A stretch of DNA of 64,000 nt from Schmidtea polychroa (lineage: Eukaryota), in NCBI GenBank assembly GCA_044892525.1, contig CM097885.1:19780001-19844000 (forward strand). The letters run 5' to 3'. Position numbers and translations under genes: made by a program. Position 1 is the stretch's first letter. Each line of letters begins with the position of its first letter. Of this stretch, positions 25,211 to 45,952 are shown piece by piece. Under the pieces are notes generated by a model, which was not told the origin of the DNA, searched no databases, and saw only the letters and a program-made list of their open reading frames with translations.

Positions 25211-25909
25211 AATAATTTTTGTTTTAATTATCGATTACATAATAATTTAATTTGTTTAAATCGTTGATTATTATTATTATTATTATAATTATAATTATTA
25301 TTATTATATACTCCTAGTCTATCCGACAAAATATTCTGTCCCCCTATGGGTACTGCACACAAGGGTACTACTCACACTCAACAAGTCACAAGGGTACTGT
25401 TCACAAAAGACAAAACTTTCTAAATTCTAAATATTATTCTTTAAATATACACTAAAATTTATTAACACATTCACATTCATCATCTCCACAGTTCATAACA
25501 TTTTCAACAACATGATCTATACAATCCCTATATACACACGGTTCAGTATCCGTAAATTCCTCCATAGGTTCATCAATTTCTTGAATGCTTTCCTCATCAT
25601 CTTGAGTGTTTTCTTCATCTGCTTCATCAAGGTCATTTATTTTTCAAAATATTATTATTTCCAAGGTCATTTATTTTTTCAAGGTCATTTATTTTTTCAA
25701 GGTCATTCCCAAGGTCATTTATTTTTCAAATTCATTTATTTTTTCAAGGTCGCGTGACTCATAAAGGTCATTTTTTTTCAAGGTCATTTTTTAATTTAAT
25801 TTTTTGTTTTAATTAAGTGATCATTAAATTTTTCAAGGTCATTTATTTTTTCAAAATATTATTTTTTCAAGGTCATTTATTTTTCAAGGTCATTTATTAT
25901 TATTATTAA

Positions 25910-25956
<47 letters not shown>

Positions 25957-26470
25957 CTCTTAGTCTATTCGACAAGATATTTTGTCCCCCTAAGGGTATT
26001 GCTCACAAGGGCACTACTCACATGGGTAATTGTCACAAGGGTACTACTCACATTCAACATGTCGTAAATTATTTTCAAATACAAGTTCAAAGTATTATTA
26101 TTTATTTTAACACGCACGGGAGTTATTATTATTATTATCATATATAGTCAGAGTTTATCCGACAAGATATTCTGCCCCCCTATGTGTACTGCTTACATAG
26201 GTAATGGTTACAAGGGTACTTCTCACATTCAACATGTCTCAAAGGGTATAATATAATTATTATTAAATTCTGACCAACTTAAATCAATGAAGGGGTAGAA
26301 CAAAAATATATTAAGTTGCGGTATTTTAAATTTAAAAATATTTTAAAAACTTATTTTGACACTAAAGTTTACTTAATTAACAAAGACATAATTATTGCAC
26401 ATGCTTTGCATAAATATTATTATTTTTTAAATTTTCAATATTTTCTTTTAAAGTATTAACACGCGCGGGA

Positions 26471-26509
<39 letters not shown>

Positions 26510-26956
26510 GTTAATGAAAAAATCTAAAATATGGTTTACACACACAACCCCTCAACCATTATTATTACTATCAATATTAAAAACCTAAAATATTTTCTAC
26601 ACACACACACATGCACAACTCATTAACCATTATTATTATCATTATTAGTGAAAACCTAAAATAAATTTTTACACACACACACAACCCATTAACCATTATT
26701 ATTATTATTATCAATATTAAAAACCTAAAATATTTTTACACACACACATACAACTCATTAAACTTATTATTATTATTATTATTATTGCAAATATTAGTCA
26801 AAAACCTAAAATATTATTTACACTCACACAACCCATTAACCTATATTATTATTGCAAATATTAGTCAAAAACATAAAAACACTCATAAACCATTATTATT
26901 ATTATCAATATTAAAAACCTAAAATATTTTTTACACACATATACAACCCATTAAAC

Positions 26957-26998
<42 letters not shown>

Positions 26999-29393
26999 AT
27001 TATTATTATTATTAGTGAAAAAACCTTAAATAATTTTTACACACTAAGTTATGGGGTAGAGTATTATTATGTTTGCAGTATTCTGTGTTTGCCTTCACAG
27101 GAAGTTGTCAATAAGGAGCGATAATTTTACACACACATTCTATATACACATACATTGTTTAACATGGGTGTATATACTCCTAGTCTATCCGACAAAATAT
27201 TCTGTCCCCCTATGGGTATTGCTCACAAAGGTACTGGTCACACTCAACATGTCGCAAGGGTATATTAATTAGGGTTAGTAAATAAAACTTATCACACACA
27301 CTATTTAAACGATAAAAATCAAGACAAGAGAGGACAAGGCAAAGTGTATGCAGTTATTATTGCCAGGCCTAATGAGCAGTGACCAAATATCTGTGCCTGA
27401 AAGACACGGTGGATATTTGTTCGCGTCCACAAGGGTCGTCTGTGCCTCCCCCAAGTGGGGTCAGAAGAACCTGGGCATTATAGTTTTCCGTACGGAACAT
27501 TACGCCTAGCATGGGTAGTCAACTACCAGCACATTCGAAACGTATAATTTCAAAATACATGCGTCATTGGCACTATAACCAAATTAATTATTGTTTTCAC
27601 TAACACAAATATATATTTACAGAGGCCTCCCACTAGTTGGATTACAACCGCCCACCACGACGATCAGCTTGTAAATGTATATTAATTAAGGGATAAAGAG
27701 GACCTACCCAACCCTATTATATTTAATTTACAAATTTTTCTCGCTCTTCTGCTGGTATTCTATCTCATCTCTATATATCATCTCTATCGGGCCATTTGGA
27801 ATACATCTTGCAAATTGGACGTATTTCTTAGTTTCTGATGCGGCGTCCACTATCATTGCTAAAATTTATATTGATTTAAAAGCAATTAACTTACATTATC
27901 TAGCATTTTATCGTCACAAATTAAATTCTGTCTGACTATTAGGCAACTGTTATTTGTGGTATACTTTTTCAATGTCATTTCCCACCATAAAACACAGATA
28001 CCTAAATATAATATATATATTTTAAAGAATTAATTCATGTCTTACATTAATAATAATATTCTTCAGGTAGTACTTTACTTAATTGATAAAACATCGGTTT
28101 TTCCCATTTTTCTTGACAATCGTTGAAAGTTTACATAATTTAAGTCTGATAATTCATGTTGAAGGACAACCACAATCAGCTAATTCATTTAAGAAATCCG
28201 GAACTATAACTCCTTTAGTGTTTCACCATTTTGTCTGATTCATCTTCTTCATAATCCTATAATTCAGGTTTAAATAAGAATCTCTAAATCTCTATAACAC
28301 ATAAATCCTTTGGTGTTTCACCATTGGTACGGTTCATCTTCTTCATAATCCAATAATTCATTTTCTGTTGGTGGTCTGAGCGGTCGATTTAATTAGAAAT
28401 AGATATATTAAAGATATTTAAGATACCATTCAGTAAATGAATTCTTAGTTAATATAGTATTTTTGAGTATTTTTTAGTTAATTTTTTAAATAACAGTATT
28501 TTGATATATCAATAAAGACCATATACTGCGAGTTTATCCGACAGGATATTCTGTCCCCCTATGGGTACTGCTAGCAAAGGTACTACTCACACTCAACATG
28601 TCGCAAGGGTATATTAATTAAGGTTAGCAAATAAAACCTATCACACATACTTTAATATTTAAACGATAAAAATCAAGACAAGAGAGGACAAGGTAAAGTT
28701 TATGCATTTAGTATTGTCATACCTGATGAGCAGTGACCAAATATCTGTGCATGTTAATAATTAATTATTATTTAAAGGTTTAAAAATACTGATAAATAAA
28801 ATTCTTCAATTTTACTTTGTGTAACATATGACTTTTATCATTTTCTTATCATTGTTTTATTTTGTTTAAATCTTTTAAAGCAAAAATAAAACATTTTTGT
28901 TTTGATTTAATTATTCTAAAAGTTCTCAAATTCAAAATTTATCTAATAATTAATTGTAATTGACATCTTTACACTATTCTAGAATTTTAGATTACTAAAG
29001 AAAGTATAATTATAATTATAACTTTCTTTCTTTACTAGAAGAAATTTATGATCTATCAGAGTATAAGAAAGTAAATCATTTGTTATTTAAATTTCGGTTT
29101 TATTTATAGATTTCAGGTTGAAAATAAATTAATGCAATGCAGTATCGATATCATAGAAAATTATTTTGAATATAATTTCCAGGTGAAATGTATTTAATTT
29201 TTAAATGTAAATAATTAAATATTTATTGTAAATAATTAAATAATTAATAATTAATTAAACCGGTCCTTAAATATATTTTAATCTACATAATTTCTCAAAT
29301 ATATTCCTCATTTCTTCAATAAAGCACAAATGACTTTAAAAAATTATAAAACTCTTGTTGCTTCGTATACCATGTAAAAAGTGTGATAATTTA

Positions 29394-29457
<64 letters not shown>

Positions 29458-29461
29458 TTAA

Positions 29462-29493
<32 letters not shown>

Positions 29494-29496
29494 TTA

Positions 29497-29587
<91 letters not shown>

Positions 29588-29697
29588 ATCATTTTTAAAC
29601 ATTTTATAATTAAACATTTTTTAAAATTAATACCAGAAATTTATATAAGAATATTTAAGATCATAAAAAAAAAAAAAACAACACGTATTAACAAAAT

Positions 29698-30030
29698 TTA
29701 TTTTCTAAATCCACCCATCGTAGAATAATGGTGGATTCTAAGGGCTTTCGCTATAGCACATTCAATGTATCGGTTATACCGAAATATACATTCATCACAA
29801 CTTTTATTAGCGAGGACCTCGGTTTCCACATTCGTCGGTACCCTGTTCAGCTTCACGTCCCAAAGAAACCTTTGGTATATATCTGATATCCATATATCAG
29901 TTGCTGAATACACGAGTTCGTGGATCTTCTCAGCAGCATGATTTTGAATAACCGGTTCTAGTTCCGGATAAAAGCTCTTCAGTTTATTGAGTATAATATA
30001 TAAATATTCTTCAGGGATGTTTGAATACAT
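29698..30030 (-). CDS. Polinton accessory protein, left-arm copy
   Basis: 110 aa; homologous to the spliced gene at 3516-3922. Confidence 0.75.
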   Translation of the reverse strand: MYSNIPEEYLYIILNKLKSFYPELEPVIQNHAAEKIHELVYSATDIWISDIYQRFLWDVKLNRVPTNVETEVLANKSCDECIFRYNRYIECAIAKALRIHHYSTMGGFRK

Positions 30031-33000
30031 CTAAATAAAAACATTAATTTAAATAAAATAAATAATAAAGTACTTACTTTAAAATAATGAGAATGATATT
30101 AAATAAATTAAAAAACTATTTATACCATTTCCTCAAACACACCATATGTTCAACCTCTCGACTGTCTCTGGTTGATTTCCATAGGGAAACATCTGTTTAT
30201 CTGTTATCTCTGGGGGGGGATTTCTTTGCTCATCCATTGAAAACATCTGTTGCCAACTCTGGTTGCTGCCACTGATTACATATTCGATTATGTAGAATTT
30301 ATTAAGTAATTATTTTATGTGTTATTTTATAAATAGTTTATTTAATGTGATGCATTTGATTTTCAAATAGATATTTATTACTTTGTAAAATTATGTTATA
30401 TAACTATATGAAAATATGTATTCCCAACTTAACCGAACCCTCACTAAATCCAACCGACTCTAATTTCACCACTTGAACCCTTTAATATATATTTCTACAT
30501 AACCGATCCCTCACCAAATAATTCTACCCACTTGAACCCTTTAATATATATTTCTACATAACCGATCCCTCACCAATTAATTCTACCCGCTTGAAATCAA
30601 TTCTTTAAAAACCCTTAGAAAATGTGAAAAATCTTTAAAAATATGAATTTTCATTAGTTGTTATCGCCACATAACATACATTTATGAAATATCTAAATAG
30701 ATATATAATAAGAGCATCCTTGTTCAAAATTTACTAAAATCAATATTTTCTACAAATATTTCACCGCATTTACCATCAAATACCTAACTAGAGATGAAAT
30801 ATATTGATTGATCATAATTCTTCATCGATTCAGCTAATTATATAGCAATTATAACGTGATATATCTTTCAAAATCACAAATTTCAGTATATTTTACAATA
30901 ATTTTTACAAAAATTAAATAATAACTTGATTATTGTAAAAACTCTAATTATTAACCTAACTGTCATTAAAAATAATTTTTATTTAAAAGTAAATTTAAAA
31001 ACAAGTCAATAAAATATAGCAAATTATCAAGAAATTAATTAAATTTGTCTTAGAATTAACACTAAAACGTTAAATTTCAAAATATTCTTTCAATTATTCA
31101 CAAAAAATGTTGGTAAAATCCCGCTAACTCTAAAAATTACCAATGAATTTAATTCCAAATAATAACCAAATATTTGCCTAAATAAAACACATCAGTACCT
31201 TTGCGATCAGTACCCTTACGACCATTACCAATTGTGAAAAGTACCCATAGAGGGAGAAAATATCTTGTCGGATAAACTCAGAGTATATATAATAAAACGA
31301 ATTAACAATAACTCCATCAAATTGAATCAGTCAAATTATCACAAATTTTAATAAAAAATCTTATTCTAAAGTGGTAAGCAGCCATAGGTGGTAAGAATAT
31401 TTTATTTTTGGGTCTGTTATCCCTCTATTATCATTGTTTACTTGGTGTTTTCATATATTTATGTAAAGTTAATGCTGGGTATATGTTCTGACACACTTTG
31501 TTTCCTTCTTAACTTTGAGAGATCATTTTGATTAAAAAGAGTAATGTATCTTAAATTATCTTTTATAATATCTGTTTTTGAAATATTTAATGTAAAATAG
31601 TAAATCTCATAATTACTAATTCAATATTAAAGCAGTTAATCAAAATTTAAAATATAAAGTTAACATAATTGCTTAGTCAATGCCATTTGTTATGTATGTT
31701 TGTCATTTTTGGATTAAATACTTTATCAAAATAAATGTTTATCACATTATTATTATTCGTTAGTCACTCATATATTAGAAATAATTTATAAATTCTCATC
31801 ACTTATAGCCCCCCATTTTCCACTAATCCTCCAACAACTATTTCTTTGAAAATTTTATTAACTATTTTTTATTAAAGTGATCATTTTTATAAATTTTTAT
31901 GAATTTCATGAAATAATTTTAAATAAATGCAATTAATATATTTCCATCTTATCTATGCCACTTCTCGGTATATTTACATTTATTTTCCATTAATGAATAA
32001 TTCAAACACTTATTTTCAATTATTTTTTTTTTTTTGAATTTCATTATTAATGATGATTCTTACCACCTGAGAATAATATTGTTAATTTTATCTCTGTGTT
32101 ACCTTTCGATTTTACGATGCTTACCACTTTAGAATAAGATTTTTTATTAAAATTTGTGATAATTTGACTGATTCAATTTGATGGAGTTATTGTTAATTCG
32201 TTTTATTATATATACTCTGAGTTTATCCGACAAGATATTTTCTCCCTCTATGGGTACTTTTCACAATTGGTAATGGTCGTAAGGGTACTGATCGTAAAGG
32301 TACTGATGTGTTTTATTTAGGCAAATATTTGGTTATTATTTGGAATTAAATTCATTGGTAATTTTTAGAGTTAGCGGGATTTTACCAACATTTTTTGTGA
32401 ATAATTGAAAGAATATTTTGAAATTTAACGTTTTAGTGTTAATTCTAAGACAAATTTAATTAATTTCTTGATAATTTGCTATATTTTATTGACTTGTTTT
32501 TAAATTTACTTTTAAATAAAAATTATTTTTAATGACAGTTAGGTTAATAATTAGAGTTTTTACAATAATCAAGTTATTATTATTTAATTTTTGTAAAAAT
32601 TATTGTAAAATATACTGAAATTTGTGATTTTGAAAGATATATCACGTTATAATTGCTATATAATTAGCTGAATCGATGAAGAATTATGATCAATCAATAT
32701 ATTTCATCTCTAGTTAGGTATTTGATGGTAAATGCGGTGAAATATTTGTAGAAAATATTGATTTTAGTAAATTTTGAACAAGGATGCTCTTATTATATAT
32801 CTATTTAGATATTTCATAAATGTATGTTATGTGGCGATAACAACTAATGAAAATTCATATTTTTAAAGATTTTTCACATTTTCTAAGGGTTTTTAAAGAA
32901 TTGATTTCAAGCGGGTAGAATTAATTGGTGAGGGATCGGTTATGTAGAAATATATATTAAAGGGTTCAAGTGGGTAGAATTATTTGGTGAGGGATCGGTT

Positions 33001-33443
33001 ATGTAGAAATATATATTAAAGGGTTCAAGTGGGTGAAATTAGAGTCGGTTGGATTTAGTGAGGGTTCGGTTAAGTTGGGAATACATATTTTCATATAGTT
33101 ATATAACATAATTTTACAAAGTAATAAATATCTATTTGAAAATCAAAATAACACATAAAATAATTACTTAATAAATTCTACATAATCGAATATGTAATCA
33201 GTGGCAGCAACCAGAGTTGGCAACAGATGTTTTCAATGGATGAGCAAAGAAATCCCCCCCCCAGAGATAACAGATAAACAGATGTTTCCCTATGGAAATC
33301 AACCAGAGACAGTCGAGAGGTTGAACATATGGTGTGTTTGAGGAAATGGTATAAATAGTTTTTTAATTTATTTAATATCATTCTCATTATTTTAAAGTAA
33401 GTACTTTATTATTTATTTTATTTAAATTAATGTTTTTATTTAG

Positions 33444-33776
33444 ATGTATTCAAACATCCTTGAAGAATATTTATATATTATACTCAATAAACTGAAGAGC
33501 TTTTATCCGGAACTAGAACCGGTTATTCAAAATCATGCTGCTGAGAAGATCCACGAACTCGTGTATTCAGCAACTGATATATGGATATCAGATATATACC
33601 AAAGGTTTCTTTGGGACGTGAAGCTGAACAGGGTACCGACGAATGTGGAAACCGAGGTCCTCGCTAATAAAAGTTGTGATGAATGTATATTTCGGTATAA
33701 CCGATACATTGAATGTGCTATAGCGAAAGCCCTTAGAATCCACCATTATTCTACGATGGGTGGATTTAGAAAATAA
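33444..33776 (+). CDS. Polinton accessory protein, right-arm copy
   Basis: Differs from the left copy at residue 6 (L versus P). Preceded by TATAAATA (~33350) and a GTAAGT...TTTAG 5'UTR intron (33397-33443). Confidence 0.75.
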   Translation: MYSNILEEYLYIILNKLKSFYPELEPVIQNHAAEKIHELVYSATDIWISDIYQRFLWDVKLNRVPTNVETEVLANKSCDECIFRYNRYIECAIAKALRIHHYSTMGGFRK

Positions 33777-33889
33777 ATTTTGTTAATACGTGTTGTTTTT
33801 TTTTTTTTTTTTATGATCTTAAATATTCTTATATAAATTTCTGGTATTAATTTTAAAAAATGTTTAATTATAAAATGTTTAAAAATGAT

Positions 33890-33999
<110 letters not shown>

Positions 34000-34003
34000 T
34001 TAA

Positions 34004-34073
<70 letters not shown>

Positions 34074-36787
34074 TAAATTATCACACTTTTTACATGGTAT
34101 ACGAAGCAACAAGAGTTTTATAATTTTTTAAAGTCATTTGTGCTTTATTGAAGAAATGAGGAATATATTTGAGAAATTATGTAGATTAAAATATATTTAA
34201 GGACCGGTTTAATTAATTATTAATTATTTAATTATTTACAATAAATATTTAATTATTTACATTTAAAAATTAAATACATTTCACCTGGAAATTATATTCA
34301 AAATAATTTTCTATGATATCGATACTGCATTGCATTAATTTATTTTCAACCTGAAATCTATAAATAAAACCGAAATTTAAATAACAAATGATTTACTTTC
34401 TTATACTCTGATAGATCATAAATTTCTTCTAGTAAAGAAAGAAAGTTATAATTATAATTATACTTTCTTTAGTAATCTAAAATTCTAGAATAGTGTAAAG
34501 ATGTCAATTACAATTAATTATTAGATAAATTTTGAATTTGAGAACTTTTAGAATAATTAAATCAAAACAAAAATGTTTTATTTTTGCTTTAAAAGATTTA
34601 AACAAAATAAAACAATGATAAGAAAATGATAAAAGTCATATGTTACACAAAGTAAAATTGAAGAATTTTATTTATCAGTATTTTTAAACCTTTAAATAAT
34701 AATTAATTATTAACATGCACAGATATTTGGTCACTGCTCATCAGGTATGACAATACTAAATGCATAAACTTTACCTTGTCCTCTCTTGTCTTGATTTTTA
34801 TCGTTTAAATATTAAAGTATGTGTGATAGGTTTTATTTGCTAACCTTAATTAATATACCCTTGCGACATGTTGAGTGTGAGTAGTACCTTTGCTAGCAGT
34901 ACCCATAGGGGGACAGAATATCCTGTCGGATAAACTCGCAGTATATGGTCTTTATTGATATATCAAAATACTGTTATTTAAAAAATTAACTAAAAAATAC
35001 TCAAAAATACTATATTAACTAAGAATTCATTTACTGAATGGTATCTTAAATATCTTTAATATATCTATTTCTAATTAAATCGACCGCTCAGACCACCAAC
35101 AGAAAATGAATTATTGGATTATGAAGAAGATGAACCGTACCAATGGTGAAACACCAAAGGATTTATGTGTTATAGAGATTTAGAGATTCTTATTTAAACC
35201 TGAATTATAGGATTATGAAGAAGATGAATCAGACAAAATGGTGAAACACTAAAGGAGTTATAGTTCCGGATTTCTTAAATGAATTAGCTGATTGTGGTTG
35301 TCCTTCAACATGAATTATCAGACTTAAATTATGTAAACTTTCAACGATTGTCAAGAAAAATGGGAAAAACCGATGTTTTATCAATTAAGTAAAGTACTAC
35401 CTGAAGAATATTATTATTAATGTAAGACATGAATTAATTCTTTAAAATATATATATTATATTTAGGTATCTGTGTTTTATGGTGGGAAATGACATTGAAA
35501 AAGTATACCACAAATAACAGTTGCCTAATAGTCAGACAGAATTTAATTTGTGACGATAAAATGCTAGATAATGTAAGTTAATTGCTTTTAAATCAATATA
35601 AATTTTAGCAATGATAGTGGACGCCGCATCAGAAACTAAGAAATACGTCCAATTTGCAAGATGTATTCCAAATGGCCCGATAGAGATGATATATAGAGAT
35701 GAGATAGAATACCAGCAGAAGAGCGAGAAAAATTTGTAAATTAAATATAATAGGGTTGGGTAGGTCCTCTTTATCCCTTAATTAATATACATTTACAAGC
35801 TGATCGTCGTGGTGGGCGGTTGTAATCCAACTAGTGGGAGGCCTCTGTAAATATATATTTGTGTTAGTGAAAACAATAATTAATTTGGTTATAGTGCCAA
35901 TGACGCATGTATTTTGAAATTATACGTTTCGAATGTGCTGGTAGTTGACTACCCATGCTAGGCGTAATGTTCCGTACGGAAAACTATAATGCCCAGGTTC
36001 TTCTGACCCCACTTGGGGGAGGCACAGACGACCCTTGTGGACGCGAACAAATATCCACCGTGTCTTTCAGGCACAGATATTTGATCACTGCTCATTAGGC
36101 CTGGCAATACTAAATGCATAAACTTTGCCTTGTCCTCTCTTGTCTTGATTTTTTTCGTTTAAATAGTATGTGTGATAGGTTTTATTTACTAACCTTAATT
36201 AATATACCCTTGCGATATGTTGAATGTGAGTAGTACCCTTGTGAGCATTACCCATAGGGGGACAGAATATTTTGTCGGATAGACTAGGAGTATATACACC
36301 CATGTTAAACAAGGTATGTGTATATAGAATGTATGTGTAAAATTATCGCTCCTTATTGACAACTTCATGTAAAGGCAAACACAGAATATTGCAAACATAT
36401 AATAATTCTCTACCCCATAACTTAGTGTGTAAAAATATTTTAGGTTTTCACTAATAGTGATAATAATAATTGTTAATGGGTTGTGTGTGTGTGTAAAAAT
36501 ATTTTAGGTTTTCACTAATATTGATAATAATAATGGTTTATGAGTGTTTTTATGTTTTTGACTAATATTTGCAATAATAATAATGGTTAATGGGTTGTGT
36601 GTGTGTGTGTGTAGAAAATATTTTAGGTTTTCACTAATATTGATAATAATAATTGTTAATGGGTTGGGTGTGTGTAAAAAAAAAAAAATTTTAAGTTTTT
36701 GACTAGTATTTGCAATAATAATAATATTGATAATAATAATTGTTAATTGGTTGAGTGTGTGTTTTTATGTTTTTGACTAATATTTGC

Positions 36788-36853
<66 letters not shown>

Positions 36854-36969
36854 GTTTAATGGGTTGTATATGTGTGTAGAAGATATTTTAGGTTTTCACT
36901 AATATTGATACAAATAATTGTTAATGGGTCGTGTGTGTGTGTGTGTAAACCATATTTTAGATTTTTTTG

Positions 36970-37020
<51 letters not shown>

Positions 37021-37385
37021 TGAAATTGTATTTGAAAATAATTTACGACATGTTGATTGTGAGCAGTACCTTTGTGACCATTACCCTTAGGGGGACAGAA
37101 TATCTTGTCGGATAGACTAGGAGTATATATAATAATAATCATAATAATAATATTAATAATAATAATAATATTGATTAAAACTTTGAAAATAATTCTTTGA
37201 AAATAATACTTTGAACAATATTTGATGTAAAAGTTCCTGAAATAATCATGAAAATGTTGAAAATCGTGAAAATATTGAAAATGTAGAAAATTATGAAAAT
37301 ATTGATAATTATTAAAAAATGCAAATGATGAAAATGTTGAAAATCATGAAATTGATGTAGAAATTAAGTTTTATGAATAATTGCA

Positions 37386-37436
<51 letters not shown>

Positions 37437-40283
37437 TTTGAAAATAACATCTTCCACACGGGCGTTAATATTTTAAAAGAAAATATTGAAAATTAAAAAA
37501 TAATAATATGTAATCAACGATTTAAACAAATTATATTATTTCGTATTCGATAATTAAAACAAAAAATTATATAATCAATCATTTAAACAAATTATATAAT
37601 CAACGATTTAAACAAAATTAAATTATTATATAATCGATAATTAAAACAAAATTATTAGTTCTAAAAATAAGAGGCATCGTTCTAAAAATATGACGTAATC
37701 ATTCTAAAAATAAGAGGCACCATTCTAAAAATATTTGGCATCGTTCTAAAAATATTAGACATCGATTACGTAATAGTTCTAAAAATATTAGGCATCATTC
37801 TAAAATTAAAAGGCATCGTTCTAAAAATATTAGACATCGTTCTAAAATTATGACGTAATCATTCTAAAAATATTAGGCATCATTCTAGAAATATTAGGCA
37901 TCGTTCTAAAAATAAGAGGCATCGTTCTAAAAATATTAGACATCGTTCTAAAAATATTAGGCATCATTCTAAAAATTATTACGTAATCATTCTAAAAATA
38001 TTAGACATCGTTGGGTGAGTCATTGGGTGAGTCATTCTCTTTGTTAATAATAATGATGATGATACCTTCTATGGATCATTCGAAAGGTCTTGGACTGAGC
38101 TTTAAGTTGAGGTATCGTCCAATAAATTCGGATAATGGGAACATTAATTTTTGGGATGAAAAAAAGTGTGAGCCCGCCAGATCACTTAATAATATTTTGG
38201 AAAATAATAATAATTTAACGTTGAAAAGATGGTGGTCATCAATTGTTAATAACATTAAAACTATTAAAGATATATAAGATACCTATAGCTCATTCGAAAG
38301 GTCTTGGACTGAGCTTTAAGATGAGGTATCGGTTAATAAAATTTGTTAACGAGAACATTAATTTTTGGGATGAAAAAAAGTGTGAGCCCGCCAGATCACT
38401 TAATTTAAAAAAATTATGTAATAGTTCTAAAAATATTAGGCTTTGGTTACGTAATAGTTCTAAAAATAAGAGGCACCATTCTAAAAATATTAGACATCGT
38501 TCTAAAAATATTAGACATCGTTCTAAAAATATTAGGCATCGATTACATAATAGTTCGAAAAATATTAGGCATCGTTCTAAAAATATTAGACATCGTTGGG
38601 TGAGTCATTCTCTTTGTTAATAATAATGATGATGATACCTTCTATGGCTCATTCGAAAGGTCTTGCACTGAGCTTTAAGATGAGGTATCGTCCAATAAAT
38701 TCGGATAATGGGAACATTAATTTTTGGGATGAAAAAAAGTGTGAGCCCGCCAGATCACTTAATTTAAAAAAATTACGTAATAGTTCTAAAAATATTAGGC
38801 ATTGGTTACGTAATAGTTCTAAAAATATGTGGCATCGTTCTAAAAAATTTTTTTTTCCGGGGGGTGGGGTATGTGATGCGGGGAGCTCATGATCTGGGGA
38901 GCTCACATCATACTACTGTTATGCGGCGTTTCGGTTTGCGGCCAACTTTCCTGGAACGTATCTAGGCCATAAAGCGAGGTATGAGTGTACCAACAATCAA
39001 GTTCCAGCAACCGGCTAACAACGAGGTACTACCAACTAACTAGCAATTACTAAGTACTTACAATCAGCTAACAACTAGATACCAACAACAGAATGGAGAA
39101 TAATATTAAATATATGTTATTTATCTACTGTTAAGAGTTATGTTGTAAGTATTTGAATAAAAATTGATTTATCTTTAAAATAAAATCTTCTTCATTGAAG
39201 AAAATGATACTCATTGGATAAAAATTTAATAAAAATGCAACTGATTGACTTAACTCAAGGCACTACTTGTAAGATGTTCTGAAAAGTAGATAAAGATTAT
39301 ACATTGAATTAAAATACAAAAAAATAATGTAAAAATAACGAGTAAAAATTTGAAATAATTCGAAACATAGTAAATAAATATCATAAAAATGTAATTAAAG
39401 GATAAAAAAAGAACTTTAAATTCTAGTCAATAATAAGCCAGTAAATATTTATCTTAAATACTGATCATTCAAGTTATTAATTAATTTAAATATGAATCAT
39501 TTAAGATCTTCATTCAAGTAACTTACTTCAAGTAATTACCATTGTTATTTTGGAAAATAATATTTGACGAGCTTCGAAGAGCTAAATTTTGTTTAGCGAG
39601 ATATTTTATTATTTCAACAATTCGTTCTAACACACCGCGCCAATGTCGTTTTTCTCTTTCATATACTTTTTCAAGTACCCTATCTATTGTGCTAAACTTT
39701 TCTAATCGTTTTTTTACATCAAAAAACTTTATAAATGATGTACAACGGGATTTAGCTATTTCATGACTACTCAGAGTTTTTGATAAATTTTGCCAATTTG
39801 AGTAACCATCTGTGGTTAAAGAACTTGTTCCACCTGCAAATAATTTGCAACATGAACAAAAAACACAATTTATGTAACATGAATATATAAGCCATGTTCG
39901 CTATCTTTATTTGCTATCTTTATTTGCTATCTTAGGATAGTAATAGTTATTACTAAAACTACTACCACAATCGTCTTGAGGATATAATTTTTGTTCTATC
40001 GGTATCATCGAACCTTGCTCAATAATAATTTTCCGAAGTTTGTCATTTATAACTTTGGGCCAAGTAGCTGGATCATTTGATTTAAATGAAATCAATACTT
40101 CATTTTCCCTCACTGTTTCACTTACTGTTCCTGAAGTTGTTTGGGGTGATAAATGTAAATTAGATTGACATTCTGTGGTCGACGTGGTAGCGATATTGTT
40201 ATGTCCTTCGTGTTGATGTGGTAAAGTTAAGGAAGGTGAATCAATAACTTTCTGGACTGTGAATGAATGTAATTCTTTCGGTT

Positions 40284-45232
<4,949 letters not shown>

Positions 45233-45952
45233 GGTTCATTACTGTTTGCAGAAATTTCATCCGTTTTTTTAAAGAATTTGTTTATTTGACCTGTTAACTT
45301 CTTTTGTTCCGTATACCTTATCGCTTTTCTTTTGCGGCACTCTGCTCCAGATAATTTTTTTTCTCCATTTTTATTTATACTGAAAAGAATTTAAAATTAA
45401 ATATAAAAGTGGTGGTGAGGGTAAAGCCATGTGCTATGATGAAAGTAAAAAGTAGTACTATTAGTGATACTTACTTTCACCATTCCTCAATTAATATTTA
45501 AGATACTTCATTGAAAAAATAATAAACTCTAAGTAAAAATAAAAAAATCACTATAATATACTTACATTCACAAAAATTTTGTTATTCAAAAAATTACACT
45601 TTTTTAACTTCTTTATTAAATATTTCAAACAACAAATTTATATTTTGTTAATTCATAAAATTCATTTACAAATTATAAAAGTCAACAAATTTACCTTAGA
45701 AATATCTAAATAATTATTATTAAATTCCAAAGGTGACTGATATAATAATGATAACTAATGATAACATCGAATAAATAAGTAACTTCATTTAAATCGTAGG
45801 TGCTTAATCTTTTGCAACACCTGGGTCACATAGTATAATTTTTGAAAGTTTAGTTTCATTATGAAAATGAAAAATACATTGTATATAATATGTATGCAAA
45901 ATTCAGAAAGTTGAGCATAAGAAAGAAATATTCGCTATTTGAATGACAATAT

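Noticed and set aside
27365..27465. Hammerhead ribozyme (CTAATGAG...GAAA; CTGATGAG in the paralogue at ~28723)
   Set aside because: Core imperfect and no valid stem I/NUH arrangement found.
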